NCBI GenBank assembly: GCA_038831915.1
Contig: JAWBKB010000024.1
Coordinates: 1 to 21,568, forward strand
DNA length: 21,568 bases
Direction: 5' to 3'
Origin: Candidatus Caldarchaeum sp.
GTDB lineage: Archaea; Thermoproteota; Nitrososphaeria_A; Caldarchaeales; Caldarchaeaceae
This document shows positions 1 through 8,571 of this stretch, one piece after another. Under the pieces are notes generated by a model, which was not told where the DNA came from, did no database searches, and saw nothing but the letters and a program-made list of their open reading frames with translations. Each line of letters begins with the position of its first letter. Within the stretch, counting starts at the first letter, position 1. Made by a program: the position numbers and the translations under genes.

Positions 1-1126
1 GGTCTGGGTTGTCCCCCTCTCGGCGTGCGAGCTTACCCCGCACACCCCACTCCCGGCATCTACGGCGTCTGCGGATTCGGAGTTCGAAAGGATGGCGGGC
101 CCTTTCGAGCCCTTACCACCCCATCGGTGCTCTACCCCGCAGACCACCTCCGCCGAGGCTGTCCTGCGAGACACTTCGGGGGGAACTAGCTATCACCGGG
201 CTAGATTGGTTTTTAGCCCCTAGCCCCAGGTCAACGCACCGAATTGCACGTCAGGACGCGTTCGGGCCTCGACCGAGCTTTCGCCCGGCTTCACCCTACC
301 CAGGGCTAGATCGCCCGGTTTCTAGCCTCACCGCCGTGGCTACGGGCCCTGTTCGGACCCGGCCCCTCACCGGCTTTCGCCGGCTGCGGGCTTCTCGGTT
401 TCCCCACGCCTACCCGCTTTACGCGGTTAAGCTCGCCACGACGGTGAACTCCCCGGCCCGTGTTTCAAGACGGAGCGGACGACGCCGGATAATCCGTTCT
501 CCACGTCTACGCGACGTGTTCGAACGGAGTACCTTGCGCGCGGCCCTCGTCCGTTACCAGCCGGTTTCAACCGCTTTTCACCCCCCTCTCGGGGTAGTTT
601 TCAACTTTCCCTCACGGTACTGCTGCGCTATCGGTCTTGGGAGGTACTTAGGCTTAGAAGCCAGTGGCTCCTTCCTTCCCACACCATATCCGAGGTGCGG
701 TACTCGGGTACCAGCCCATCTCCACGCCCGACTTCCTCTACGGGGCTTTCACCCTCTACGGCGGACCATTCCAGGTCGCTTCGAGTCGCCGGGCAGAGGA
801 GGGCGGCTGGCCCACACTCCACATTCCCGCGTGGTTTCCCACACGGGTTCGGGTTGGCCTGATCCCCTTTCACTCGCCGTTACTCGGGGAGTCTCGTTTT
901 GATTACCTTTCCTCGGCCTACTTGGATGCTTCCGTTCGGCCGGTTCCCACTCCACAGCTCAAAGCCGTGGAGCGACATCCCACGCCGAAGCGCGGGATGC
1001 CGGGAAATCCCATTCGGGGATCCCCGGATCAACGCCTGCTTGCGGCTACCCGGGGCTTTTCGCAGCTTGCCGCGCCCTTCGTCGGCCCCCAAGCCGAGTT
1101 ATCCACCGGCTGGCGTATTCTGGCCT
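1..1126 (-). rRNA. rrl: 23S rRNA, 5' portion (continues beyond window start); 5' end approximate
   Basis: Minus strand reads TACGCCAGCCGGTGGATAACTCGGCTTGGGGGCCGACGAAGGGCGCGGCAAGCTGCGA..., and includes conserved LSU motifs GAAGCATCCAAGTAGGCCGAGGAAA, CAGTACCGTGAGGGAAAGTTGAAA, CCGTCTTGAAACACGG and GATAGCTAGTTCCCCCCGAA. The 5' end is placed by analogy with archaeal 23S 5' ends. Confidence 0.97.
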
Positions 1127-1165
1127 AAGGCGTCTGCCGTCCAGTTGGCGACGCATCCAAACCCT

Positions 1166-1235
1166 ATGGACGCGGTCATCGAATGATGATTTTCTACCGC
1201 TTCAGGCATCCATCCACGGATGGACGCCGTCATCG
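1166..1235 (-). repeat. Two 16-nt direct repeats, each opening a hairpin, in the 23S 5' leader
   Basis: Minus strand CGATGACGGCGTCCAT (1235-1220) and CGATGACCGCGTCCAT (1181-1166), 15/16 identical. Each is followed by TGGATGC, which can pair with GCGTCCA. Confidence 0.7.
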
Positions 1236-1264
1236 TCACGCAAATACTATGTGTGTTTTGGTGG

Positions 1265-1280
1265 TTTATAAATTTGTTTA
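1265..1280 (-). promoter_or_regulatory. BRE + TATA box promoter of the 23S rRNA gene
   Basis: Minus strand TAAACAAA-TTTATAAA (TATA at 1265-1272), predicting a TSS near 1240 and a ~115 nt leader before the mature 23S. It abuts the stop codon of the zinc-ribbon gene. Confidence 0.75.
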
Positions 1281-1457
1281 CGGGCCCTTGAAAAAGCATG
1301 TCGGACATACGTATGGTTTCGCGAGTTCTCGGCAGATGCGGCATCGCCAGATGGTTGATTTTCCGCAGTTTGGACACGGGAAGGAGACTGCTGATTCGCT
1401 CGGGATGATTGGTCGGTGACACCATGTGCACTGTGGAAGCGTCAGCTGGCCGCTCAT
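1278..1457 (-). CDS. Small zinc-ribbon protein (HVO_2753/DUF1610/COG2888-like, predicted RNA-binding)
   Basis: 59 aa with four CxxC pairs (CTWC, FPCPNCG, RCRICR, YVCPTCFFKGP) and the family-typical GP terminus. ATG at 1457 is preferred over the TTG at 1469. Confidence 0.9.
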   Translation of the reverse strand: MSGQLTLPQCTWCHRPIIPSESAVSFPCPNCGKSTIWRCRICRELAKPYVCPTCFFKGP

Positions 1458-1485
1458 CGACTTGTTCAACCTGTTTGTGAATAAT

Positions 1486-2625
1486 TTAAACGTATGCGTG
1501 GGATTTGATGAAATGCTTTAATGCAGTTGCCGCCGTCTTGAAAATGGCCGGCGATAAAAGAGCTTTGAACGCAGTTGTCGATTGTCGGTCCATGTCGCCG
1601 ACTCTTTTCAATACGTTTGAGAAATATGAATCCTGCATTGATGAGATTATGAGATGGATTTGTTTTGGAGATAGTTTTTCGTAGAGCTGACGGATGCGAT
1701 ACATGCCTTGAAGCTCAGCCTCAAGAGGTCTGAGAAGCGATTCGTATAATCCTTCACCTGCGATGTGTTTTGCGGCGGCGACTGACGCCAGTCCACCCGT
1801 AATCACTCCGCCTCCAGTTGTTGCTTTAACTTGGCCTGCGACATCTCCGACCAGCAAGGCGTTTTGGTTTCGCACTTTCTTCAGAGGCCATCCAACGTAA
1901 ATAGACGAGGATGAAAACCCAGTGATTTTCGCTTTGGGAAAAAATTCTTCCAAAATTTTTCGCACATAGAGTTCAGGATGTTTCGATGCTGCAACGCCCA
2001 CCTTGCCTGTTTGGTCGTCGACGGGAACAAGATAGCCAAAGTAGTCTGTTAGATATTTTCGGAAAAAAAGATATACAAAATCGGGGTCGTATCCATGGTT
2101 TGTTGCTTGAAGCTGAACTATCGGAAGCCATTTTCCGCATCGATAGTCAGGGAAAAGCTGTTTCGCGACTGTAGCGGCCCTCCCTTCAGCGTCGATAACA
2201 TAGTTGGCGGTCACGATGTGTTTACTCGTTTTTACTGTAGCTGTTGTACCGTTTGTGACAGCTGAAGTTACTCGGTCATCGATGAAGATGTCGGCTCCGT
2301 CTTTTACAGCTTGTTCAGCTAAGAACAAATCAAGCCTTTCTCGATTCAGCACTGCGGCTACAAATTTTCCAAAATCAACTTCGAATCTTTTTCCAAAAGG
2401 TGAGACGAAAACAGCTCCCCTGATTTTGTTTTGAAGGTAGGGGCCGTCTACCGGGATTTCTAATAAACGAAGTCCTTGGATGCTGTATAACCCTGCGCAT
2501 TTTTCAGGTCTTCCAATCACCGGGTCTTCTTCGAAGACTGCAGTTCGGAGTCCACGTTTGGCTGTTTCTCGAGCTGCTATCAGCCCGGTTGAGCTTCCGC
2601 CTACAACAGCGACGTCGTAATGCAT
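1486..2625 (-). CDS. Geranylgeranyl reductase family FAD-dependent oxidoreductase (DGGGPL reductase-like)
   Basis: N-terminal YDVAVVGGSSTG dinucleotide-binding motif, KCAG, LNRERLD, DAEG and LLVGDVAGQVKATTGGG; 379 aa. Confidence 0.88.
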   Translation of the reverse strand: MHYDVAVVGGSSTGLIAARETAKRGLRTAVFEEDPVIGRPEKCAGLYSIQGLRLLEIPVDGPYLQNKIRGAVFVSPFGKRFEVDFGKFVAAVLNRERLDLFLAEQAVKDGADIFIDDRVTSAVTNGTTATVKTSKHIVTANYVIDAEGRAATVAKQLFPDYRCGKWLPIVQLQATNHGYDPDFVYLFFRKYLTDYFGYLVPVDDQTGKVGVAASKHPELYVRKILEEFFPKAKITGFSSSSIYVGWPLKKVRNQNALLVGDVAGQVKATTGGGVITGGLASVAAAKHIAGEGLYESLLRPLEAELQGMYRIRQLYEKLSPKQIHLIISSMQDSYFSNVLKRVGDMDRQSTTAFKALLSPAIFKTAATALKHFIKSHAYV

Positions 2626-2673
2626 GATAAATGCCTCACGAAATTTTTATTCCAATGTATTATAGGTGTTGAC

Positions 2674-2952
2674 GTGGCTCGCGTAGCTGTCAGGGTGAAG
2701 ATTTACGGGAAAGTTCAAGGAGTCTTCTTCAGGGTCTCGATGAAAGAAATGGCGGACCTGCTGAAAGTCGACGGATGGGTCCGCAACAACCCAGACGGCT
2801 CCGTTGAGTCCTTCATTGTCGGCGAAGAATCACAGGTTCGAGAACTGGTCGAATGGTGTAAAAGAGGCCCGCCGCTCGCAAGGGTTACTAAAATTGAGAC
2901 GTGGAACGAAGAACCGGTATTGGAAAAGCGGGGTTTTCACATCATCAAATGA
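2674..2952 (+). CDS. acyP: Acylphosphatase
   Basis: Motifs GKVQGVFFR, GWVRNNPDGSVE and GPPLARV. The GTG start at 2674 follows an AGGTG SD and gives the typical 92 aa. The ORF-track start at 2620 overlaps the divergent gene. Confidence 0.95.
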   Translation: MARVAVRVKIYGKVQGVFFRVSMKEMADLLKVDGWVRNNPDGSVESFIVGEESQVRELVEWCKRGPPLARVTKIETWNEEPVLEKRGFHIIK

Positions 2953-3011
2953 AATTTCGTAGTGCGGTAAAAATTTAATTAGGGTCGCCAATTATATATT
3001 GTAAAAAAGGT

Positions 3012-4067
3012 ATGTTTAGGATGATTTCTGAAGATGGAACCCTTTCAGACCGTTTGACAATTGAACCTTCGGTTTTGAAGGAAATATACCGCGACATGGT
3101 AATGTCACGCGTCCTGGATGCATGGTTGCTTAAGCTTCAACGGATGGGTAAAATCGGCATTCATGCTCCTTCGGAGGGTCAAGAGGCGGTGGGCGTAGGC
3201 ACGGCCTACGCGTTGGAAAAAGGAGATTGGATTTTTCCTCTTTATCGCGAGCTTCCAGTTTTCGTGGCAAGAAAAATTCCTCTGAGGGAAATCGTGAACA
3301 GGCACATGGCTAATTCTGAGGACCCTTTGAAAGGCAGTGATTTTGCAGTTTACGGAAACATTCGGCATAGAGTTGTTGCGGCACCGGTGTCTGTTGGACT
3401 GAACATCAGCGTTGCTGTGGGTTTTGCGTTGGCGTTTAAGCATCGTGGAGAAAAGAACGTGGTGGTGAATTATTTCGGAGACGGTGCGACGTCTAAAGGC
3501 GAATTCCACGAAGCTCTGAACTTTGCCGGCGTCTTCAAAGCACCCGTAGTGTTCATTTGCAGCAACAATCATTATGCGATTTCAACACCTTTTTCACGGC
3601 AGACCGCTTCGAAGACGATTGCGGAAAAAGCCAGAGCTTATGGGTTTGAAGGTGTCAGAGTGGACGGCAACGACGTGTTGGCATGTTACCACGCTACACG
3701 TGAAGCCTTGGGAAAAGCAAGGAACGGAGGAGGGCCAACTCTGATTGAAGCCGTAACATACCGGTTAGGGCCTCACACCACGGCGGACGACCCGTCTAGA
3801 TACCGCGACGAAACAGAGGTAAGAACTTGGCGAGAAAAAGACCCGATACGAAGGTTGAAAAAATTTCTCATGTCAGTTGGATTGTTGACAGAAGAAATGG
3901 ACCAAAGACTATGGGAAAGTTGTCAATTCGAAGTGCAGAAAACAGTCGAAGAATGTGAAAAGGTACCACCTCTCAACCCAACCATTATTCTGGAAAACGT
4001 GTACAAAGAGAACCCTTGGCATCTCGTCGAAGAACACAACGACCTTCTCGAACAGCTTGAAAAATAG
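3012..4067 (+). CDS. pdhA: 2-oxoacid (pyruvate/branched-chain) dehydrogenase E1 component alpha subunit
   Basis: GQEA, YRE, the TPP-binding FGDGATSKGEFHE...NN motif, VDGND and the YRLGPHTTADDPSRYR loop. Substrate specificity cannot be determined from sequence alone. Confidence 0.92.
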   Translation: MFRMISEDGTLSDRLTIEPSVLKEIYRDMVMSRVLDAWLLKLQRMGKIGIHAPSEGQEAVGVGTAYALEKGDWIFPLYRELPVFVARKIPLREIVNRHMANSEDPLKGSDFAVYGNIRHRVVAAPVSVGLNISVAVGFALAFKHRGEKNVVVNYFGDGATSKGEFHEALNFAGVFKAPVVFICSNNHYAISTPFSRQTASKTIAEKARAYGFEGVRVDGNDVLACYHATREALGKARNGGGPTLIEAVTYRLGPHTTADDPSRYRDETEVRTWREKDPIRRLKKFLMSVGLLTEEMDQRLWESCQFEVQKTVEECEKVPPLNPTIILENVYKENPWHLVEEHNDLLEQLEK

Positions 4068-4075
4068 CTCTCACG

Positions 4076-4486
4076 TCAGGATAGTGATGTAAACATTTTG
4101 ATGTCCCAAATGCTGCCTACCCTGTTTTCCTGGAACACCGGTTTCACCCTGAGATTTAGTTTCGGCTCGATGACGGGGTCGAGTAGATGAAGTATTCCGC
4201 CATGGGTTTCTTCGAAGCGGGCGAAAATCCATGTCTTCATAACTGTCTTCGAAGGCTTGAGAATCGTTAACGGGGACCTACTATACGTTATGACGCGTGC
4301 CACGGACTTAACTTCAACATACCGAATAGTGGTTGTGAAACATTCGGGACAGTGGGCCCGTGGTGGAACACGTCGGTGACAACATTTCATGCATTCGCTA
4401 GCCATGATTTTCTCCTCTCTAAGTCCGTTGAGAAAAACCGAAAGAGCTACGCCGGCCGGATATTCATAGTAGTTATCGATATTCAT
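4076..4486 (-). CDS. DUF35-family Zn-ribbon + OB-fold protein
   Basis: CMKC...VPPRAHCPEC, followed by an OB-fold with GGILH and RVGSIWDI; ATGA overlap with the upstream gene. Confidence 0.88.
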   Translation of the reverse strand: MNIDNYYEYPAGVALSVFLNGLREEKIMASECMKCCHRRVPPRAHCPECFTTTIRYVEVKSVARVITYSRSPLTILKPSKTVMKTWIFARFEETHGGILHLLDPVIEPKLNLRVKPVFQENRVGSIWDIKMFTSLS

Positions 4487-5139
4487 GGCGCGTTCACCTT
4501 CGGCTTGAAATACGCAATGTCGAGGATGCTCCCGACTCGTTCTTCAGGTTTCCTCCAAACAGGGACAACATGCATCCCTATCCGGACTTTGTCGGGGATT
4601 GTTTCTCCGATGATGTGAAGAATTCCTCCGGCGTGTGTCGTTGTGTGTGAGGATGGCTTGTGCTTGATTGTGTCGACGAACCATATTACGGCGACTATTG
4701 TGGGCTGTTGAAGCCGTATGCTTGGGTCAGTTCCGATGTATGAAACCGAGTAAGTGGAGACTATTCCTTCGCCGGTGTGTTCGACCTCTTCCGAAACGTG
4801 GGTGAAACACATTTCGCAGAATGACCGTGGCGGGATGAGGATTCGGCCGCATCCCGAGCATCGCGTGCCGATTATCTTGCCTTCACGAAGGCCTGCGAGA
4901 AACTTGCTGTACGCCATTCCCGGGCGATGAAGGTTTTCTATGAAAATCCTCCAATAGCTTAACACCAGTTGTTCGATTTTCAGGCCATCAAGTTCAGAAT
5001 ATTTTTTCTCAAGTGCCGATAGCCATGCATCGCCTTTGCCATAGCTGATATTTAGCTGCCTTTGTCTAATGTATTCTTGAACGTCTTCGGGTAGCTGTTC
5101 GAGATACTTATCGTCGATTCGTGAGGAAATTGTTTTCAT
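4483..5139 (-). CDS. DUF35-family Zn-ribbon + OB-fold protein with N-terminal extension
   Basis: GTRCSGCGRILIPPRSFCEMC, GGILH, IGMHVVPVW and RVGSILDIAYF. ATG at 5139 overlaps the thiolase-like gene stop (ATGA). Confidence 0.9.
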   Translation of the reverse strand: MKTISSRIDDKYLEQLPEDVQEYIRQRQLNISYGKGDAWLSALEKKYSELDGLKIEQLVLSYWRIFIENLHRPGMAYSKFLAGLREGKIIGTRCSGCGRILIPPRSFCEMCFTHVSEEVEHTGEGIVSTYSVSYIGTDPSIRLQQPTIVAVIWFVDTIKHKPSSHTTTHAGGILHIIGETIPDKVRIGMHVVPVWRKPEERVGSILDIAYFKPKVNAP

Positions 5140-6290
5140 GCGCGGCACACCACCACTTGCCCAACCTGCATCAAATCACCCCACGCTTGAGCAACGCCAA
5201 CGTAGGCGTTGGGAACTTGTCGTTTACCCGCTCTTCCGCTCAGCTGCCAGTAAAGCTCCGCAATCTTCAGCAGTCCAGCCGCGGCGATTGGGTTTCCAAC
5301 TCCGAGCAGCCCTCCTGAAGGACAGGTCGGGTAATCTCCGTCTCTCTCGAGCATGCCTTCCTCGAGAAGCTTCGGAGCAAGGCCGGGCTTACCCAGCAAT
5401 CCGTCGAGGTGATGAAGCTCCTTATAGGTGAACGGGTCATAGGGCTCGAACACATCGATTTGTTTCAACGGGTTTGTGATACCTGCCATCTTGTATGCTT
5501 GCTGTGCGGCTAAATACACATAATATGGATAGGCGAGGTCACGGTTTGTCCAGAACTGGCTGTCCAAACAAGCTCCGACACCGTCAATCCAGACGGGAGT
5601 ATCGGTGATTTTTCTCGCTTCGTCGTCCGACGCCAACATCAGGGCCACGGCTCCGTCCGACGTTGGGCTGATGTCAAGCCTGTTAACAGGCCAAACCAAG
5701 ACAGGTGAATTCAACACGTCATCGACGGTTATTTTTGTTCCGAGCTGGGCGTATGGATGGTCTAAGGCATTTGCTTTGTTCTTGACCGCCACCTTGGCGA
5801 TAAGCTCTTTCTCCAAGTTGTTCATCTCCATGTAGCGTCTCATTTCAAGAGCGAAAATCCAGATGAGGTTCGGGCCAAGTGGTTGCTCAAGCGCGGGGTC
5901 GAAAATGGACTGGAAAAGCTTTTGAGCATGTGGGTAGGGATGACTCATCTTTTCCCAAGCCACGAGCAACACTTTATCGAATACGCCTGACTTGACATGC
6001 CACCATCCTGCTACTCCAAGGCCTACGCCGGTGCCGCCGCCGACGAAGATTCTCGAAAATGGTTTTCCAAAGGCGTCGGACGGCTCGGCCGCAAGCAACC
6101 CTTTGTGATGATATCCGTCGAATGCGTCGGGAGCAGAGCCCGCAACGACTGCGTCAACATCTTTTGGCTCAAGCCCGCAGTCTTCTAGGCATTTTCTCAC
6201 CGCTTCAAAAACCAGTTCCTGCGAAGTCAGCGGGGACAAAGAACGGAAATAAGTCATGCCTGCACCAACTATAGCCACACGTCTCGTCAT
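5136..6290 (-). CDS. Thiolase-fold (SCP2-type) protein, Ltp3-like; lacks the catalytic Cys, putative retro-aldolase subunit
   Basis: VAIVGAG, AWEKMS, VKNKANALDHPYA, SPTSDGAVA, PSGGLLGVGNPIAAAG. VGGGTG stands where thiolases have xCxSG, and EPYDPF replaces the SCP2-thiolase HDxF. Confidence 0.88.
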   Translation of the reverse strand: MTRRVAIVGAGMTYFRSLSPLTSQELVFEAVRKCLEDCGLEPKDVDAVVAGSAPDAFDGYHHKGLLAAEPSDAFGKPFSRIFVGGGTGVGLGVAGWWHVKSGVFDKVLLVAWEKMSHPYPHAQKLFQSIFDPALEQPLGPNLIWIFALEMRRYMEMNNLEKELIAKVAVKNKANALDHPYAQLGTKITVDDVLNSPVLVWPVNRLDISPTSDGAVALMLASDDEARKITDTPVWIDGVGACLDSQFWTNRDLAYPYYVYLAAQQAYKMAGITNPLKQIDVFEPYDPFTYKELHHLDGLLGKPGLAPKLLEEGMLERDGDYPTCPSGGLLGVGNPIAAAGLLKIAELYWQLSGRAGKRQVPNAYVGVAQAWGDLMQVGQVVVCRA

Positions 6291-6293
6291 GTT

Positions 6294-7397
6294 TCACGCC
6301 TCCGATTCAAGCAAGACCACTGCACCACCGTCCACAACCTCGACTTCAAACGAACCAACCAAACACGACCGAAAACCGCCTTGACGCAGCTGTTTGACAG
6401 CTTGAACCAATCTTTGAAGACCAGCCGCGTTGAGAGGATAGCCCATCCCTAAACATCCACCCGACGAGTTGACTGGAACTGCGCATCCGCTGTCAAAGTC
6501 ACCACGACGAAGAAGCCTGACGACCGGCTCCCTGAAGACCCCAAGCCCGTCCAAAAACATTAGCTCAGACGATGCGAACGGTTCCGAAACTTCGACAAAA
6601 TCAAAACGAAGCGAATCAGCCATTTTTTCCACCTGTTTCACCGCCGGCCTCACCCACGAAGCTGTGCCGAATTCCCGAGCCGAGAAATCAGTAGTCGACA
6701 ATCCGCTTGAAAACCCAAATCCTTTGACAAGCACTTTCCCGAGAGAACTGTTGTTTGTCAGGACTACGACGGCGGCGTAGTCGCATAAACGTGCTACATG
6801 CCCTTCACGTAGAGGCTCGGCGTATAGGTCTGAGCGGTCCAAAGCATCGGGTGAAACCTGCATGCCGTAAGCGGCTGACTCGTTTTTCAACGCGTTTCCA
6901 TGATTCTTCGAAGCGACAAGTGAGAAATCATGCAGATTTCCTCCAACTCTGTTCAAGAATGCTTGCGCATCAAGTCCAGCAACGACGCCGTGATGCATCA
7001 ATAAAGGTCTTACCAGATGAGGGTCCCACGAGTTGAGCACGACTTCAGCATAGTTAGGAATCTCCGATGGTTTGCTGAAAACAGAGACAGCAAGGGTTCG
7101 AAATTTTCCGGTTTTCAACAACATGCAGGCGTGGATAAACGCGTTCAGCGAATCGTTTGTGACTGATGTGTTGAATTTGAGCCTTCCACCAACTTGGTCG
7201 GGCGTGTAAGAGTCGGTGATGCTTATGCCTTCAAAGAAATCGAACCCGCTTGCAACGATACCGTCGATGTCGGAGCGAGAAATTCCCGCGTCCCTGTAAG
7301 CAGTCTGAGCGGCTTGGAAAAGCATTTCACGGAAATCGATGCCCTCATAGCTTTGTTTGCAAGGAATTTCTCCAACACCCGCAACCCAGACCTTCAT
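6294..7397 (-). CDS. Thiolase-fold protein, Ltp4-like, degenerate active site
   Basis: SGFDFFEG, KNHGNALKN, DYAAVVVL and VNSSGGCLGMGYPLNAAGL. No nucleophilic Cys (TNDS) and no HDxF/YDxF (SEPF). Confidence 0.85.
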   Translation of the reverse strand: MKVWVAGVGEIPCKQSYEGIDFREMLFQAAQTAYRDAGISRSDIDGIVASGFDFFEGISITDSYTPDQVGGRLKFNTSVTNDSLNAFIHACMLLKTGKFRTLAVSVFSKPSEIPNYAEVVLNSWDPHLVRPLLMHHGVVAGLDAQAFLNRVGGNLHDFSLVASKNHGNALKNESAAYGMQVSPDALDRSDLYAEPLREGHVARLCDYAAVVVLTNNSSLGKVLVKGFGFSSGLSTTDFSAREFGTASWVRPAVKQVEKMADSLRFDFVEVSEPFASSELMFLDGLGVFREPVVRLLRRGDFDSGCAVPVNSSGGCLGMGYPLNAAGLQRLVQAVKQLRQGGFRSCLVGSFEVEVVDGGAVVLLESEA

Positions 7398-7406
7398 CCC
7401 AACACC

Positions 7407-8540
7407 TCAGTAAGATTTCGGAAGACCGAGAACATGCTGTCCGATATGTGCGAGAACAAGCTCGTTCGTGACCGGCGCGGTAAGAAACAAGCGGATGATG
7501 GGATAAAGCGTGATTACATCAGTTTTGCGGTCGAAGGCGTTTCCTCCAAAAACCTGCATAGATGCTTCAAAGGCTTCAAGCCCGGCCTCCGCCGCGACAA
7601 GTTTCGCCATGTTCGCGACACCGCCCGCCGGCTCTCCAACATCATACAAATTGGCCGCGTGATAGTTGAGAACGCGAGCGGCCTCGACATGTGCCTTAGC
7701 CCTCGCCATTCTGAACTGAAGACCCTGATAGGAGCCGACCGGCCTGCCGAACACCACACGCTGTTTACCATATTCAACAGCCCGGTTCAACACGTGATCT
7801 CCAAGCCCGACGCTGCACGCGGCAATCAACATTCTTTCGACGTTAAGCCCGTCAAACAGTACCTCGACACCGCGGTCGGGGCGGCCTACCAAATTTTCAT
7901 CAGTCAACTCCACGTCGTCGAAATACACCGTGTACTGGGTTTCGGGAGAATAGAGCTCGATATCCAAGGGTTCAAACGTGACACCACTCCTACGCGATTC
8001 AAAAACAAAAATTCCCAAGCCGTGCTTCTTGTCGGAAACTTCTTCGAAACGCTTCGTCCTTGCTACAACAAGCATGAAATCCGATTCACGGGCACCTGTG
8101 ATGTAGGTTTTCTGGCCTGAAAGATAATATACACCATTCTGTTTGCGAGCGAGGGTCGTTATCTTCCATGTTTCAGAGCCGGCGACAGGCTCTGTTAGAG
8201 CAAAGCTGATCTTCTTGCCTTTCTCAAAAGTTGGTGCGACGAATTTTTCGAATTGCTCTTTGGACCCGTGGCGAGCTATCATAACCCGCGAAAAATGCGT
8301 AGTCAGGAACTGGAGAAGTGGGATTCCGGTTTTGGCCAACCCCTCCTGGACAAGAACGGCGTCCAAACATCCGGAACCCTCATGGACACCAACTCCGAGC
8401 AAACCGGCTTTCAGCAGGTCATCCCAAAGACGGTCAGGTGTTCTCTTTTCAGCGGCGCATTCCAGCCATGCTTTCCGACCAAATCTTTCACCAATCTTTT
8501 GAGCAGTTTGATAGATTAGAAGATGCTCATCCGAAAGCAT
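7407..8540 (-). CDS. Acyl-CoA dehydrogenase
   Basis: FALTEPVAGSE, LSGQKTYITGA, VYFDDV, LNVERM, RVVFGRPVGSYQGLQF, MAK and MQVFGG. Confidence 0.95.
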   Translation of the reverse strand: MLSDEHLLIYQTAQKIGERFGRKAWLECAAEKRTPDRLWDDLLKAGLLGVGVHEGSGCLDAVLVQEGLAKTGIPLLQFLTTHFSRVMIARHGSKEQFEKFVAPTFEKGKKISFALTEPVAGSETWKITTLARKQNGVYYLSGQKTYITGARESDFMLVVARTKRFEEVSDKKHGLGIFVFESRRSGVTFEPLDIELYSPETQYTVYFDDVELTDENLVGRPDRGVEVLFDGLNVERMLIAACSVGLGDHVLNRAVEYGKQRVVFGRPVGSYQGLQFRMARAKAHVEAARVLNYHAANLYDVGEPAGGVANMAKLVAAEAGLEAFEASMQVFGGNAFDRKTDVITLYPIIRLFLTAPVTNELVLAHIGQHVLGLPKSY

Positions 8541-8571
8541 AAATCAATAATATCTATTCAGTAAATAAGCT

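Noticed and set aside
470-560. Apparent extra sequence in the 23S helix-25 region (possible intron)
   Set aside because: Length and position match the variable expansion normally seen in archaeal 23S. No BHB or homing endonuclease ORF is evident.
1183-1189. Plus-strand ATGATGA as the C box of a C/D sRNA
   Set aside because: No CTGA D box at a suitable distance on that strand.
1279-1289. TACGGGCCCTT shared with the tRNA 5' end (17119-17129) as a possible att site
   Set aside because: Only 11 bp, matches the tRNA 5' rather than 3' end, lies in a conserved coding terminus, and no integrase is present.
9-1431. ORFs of 68-297 aa overlapping the 23S gene and its leader
   Set aside because: These are shadow ORFs of GC-rich rRNA or alternative frames of the zinc-ribbon gene, with no protein motifs.
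7194-8120. 308-aa plus-strand ORF
   Set aside because: It is antisense to the well-conserved acyl-CoA dehydrogenase and thiolase-like genes, with no recognisable motifs, so it is a typical shadow ORF.
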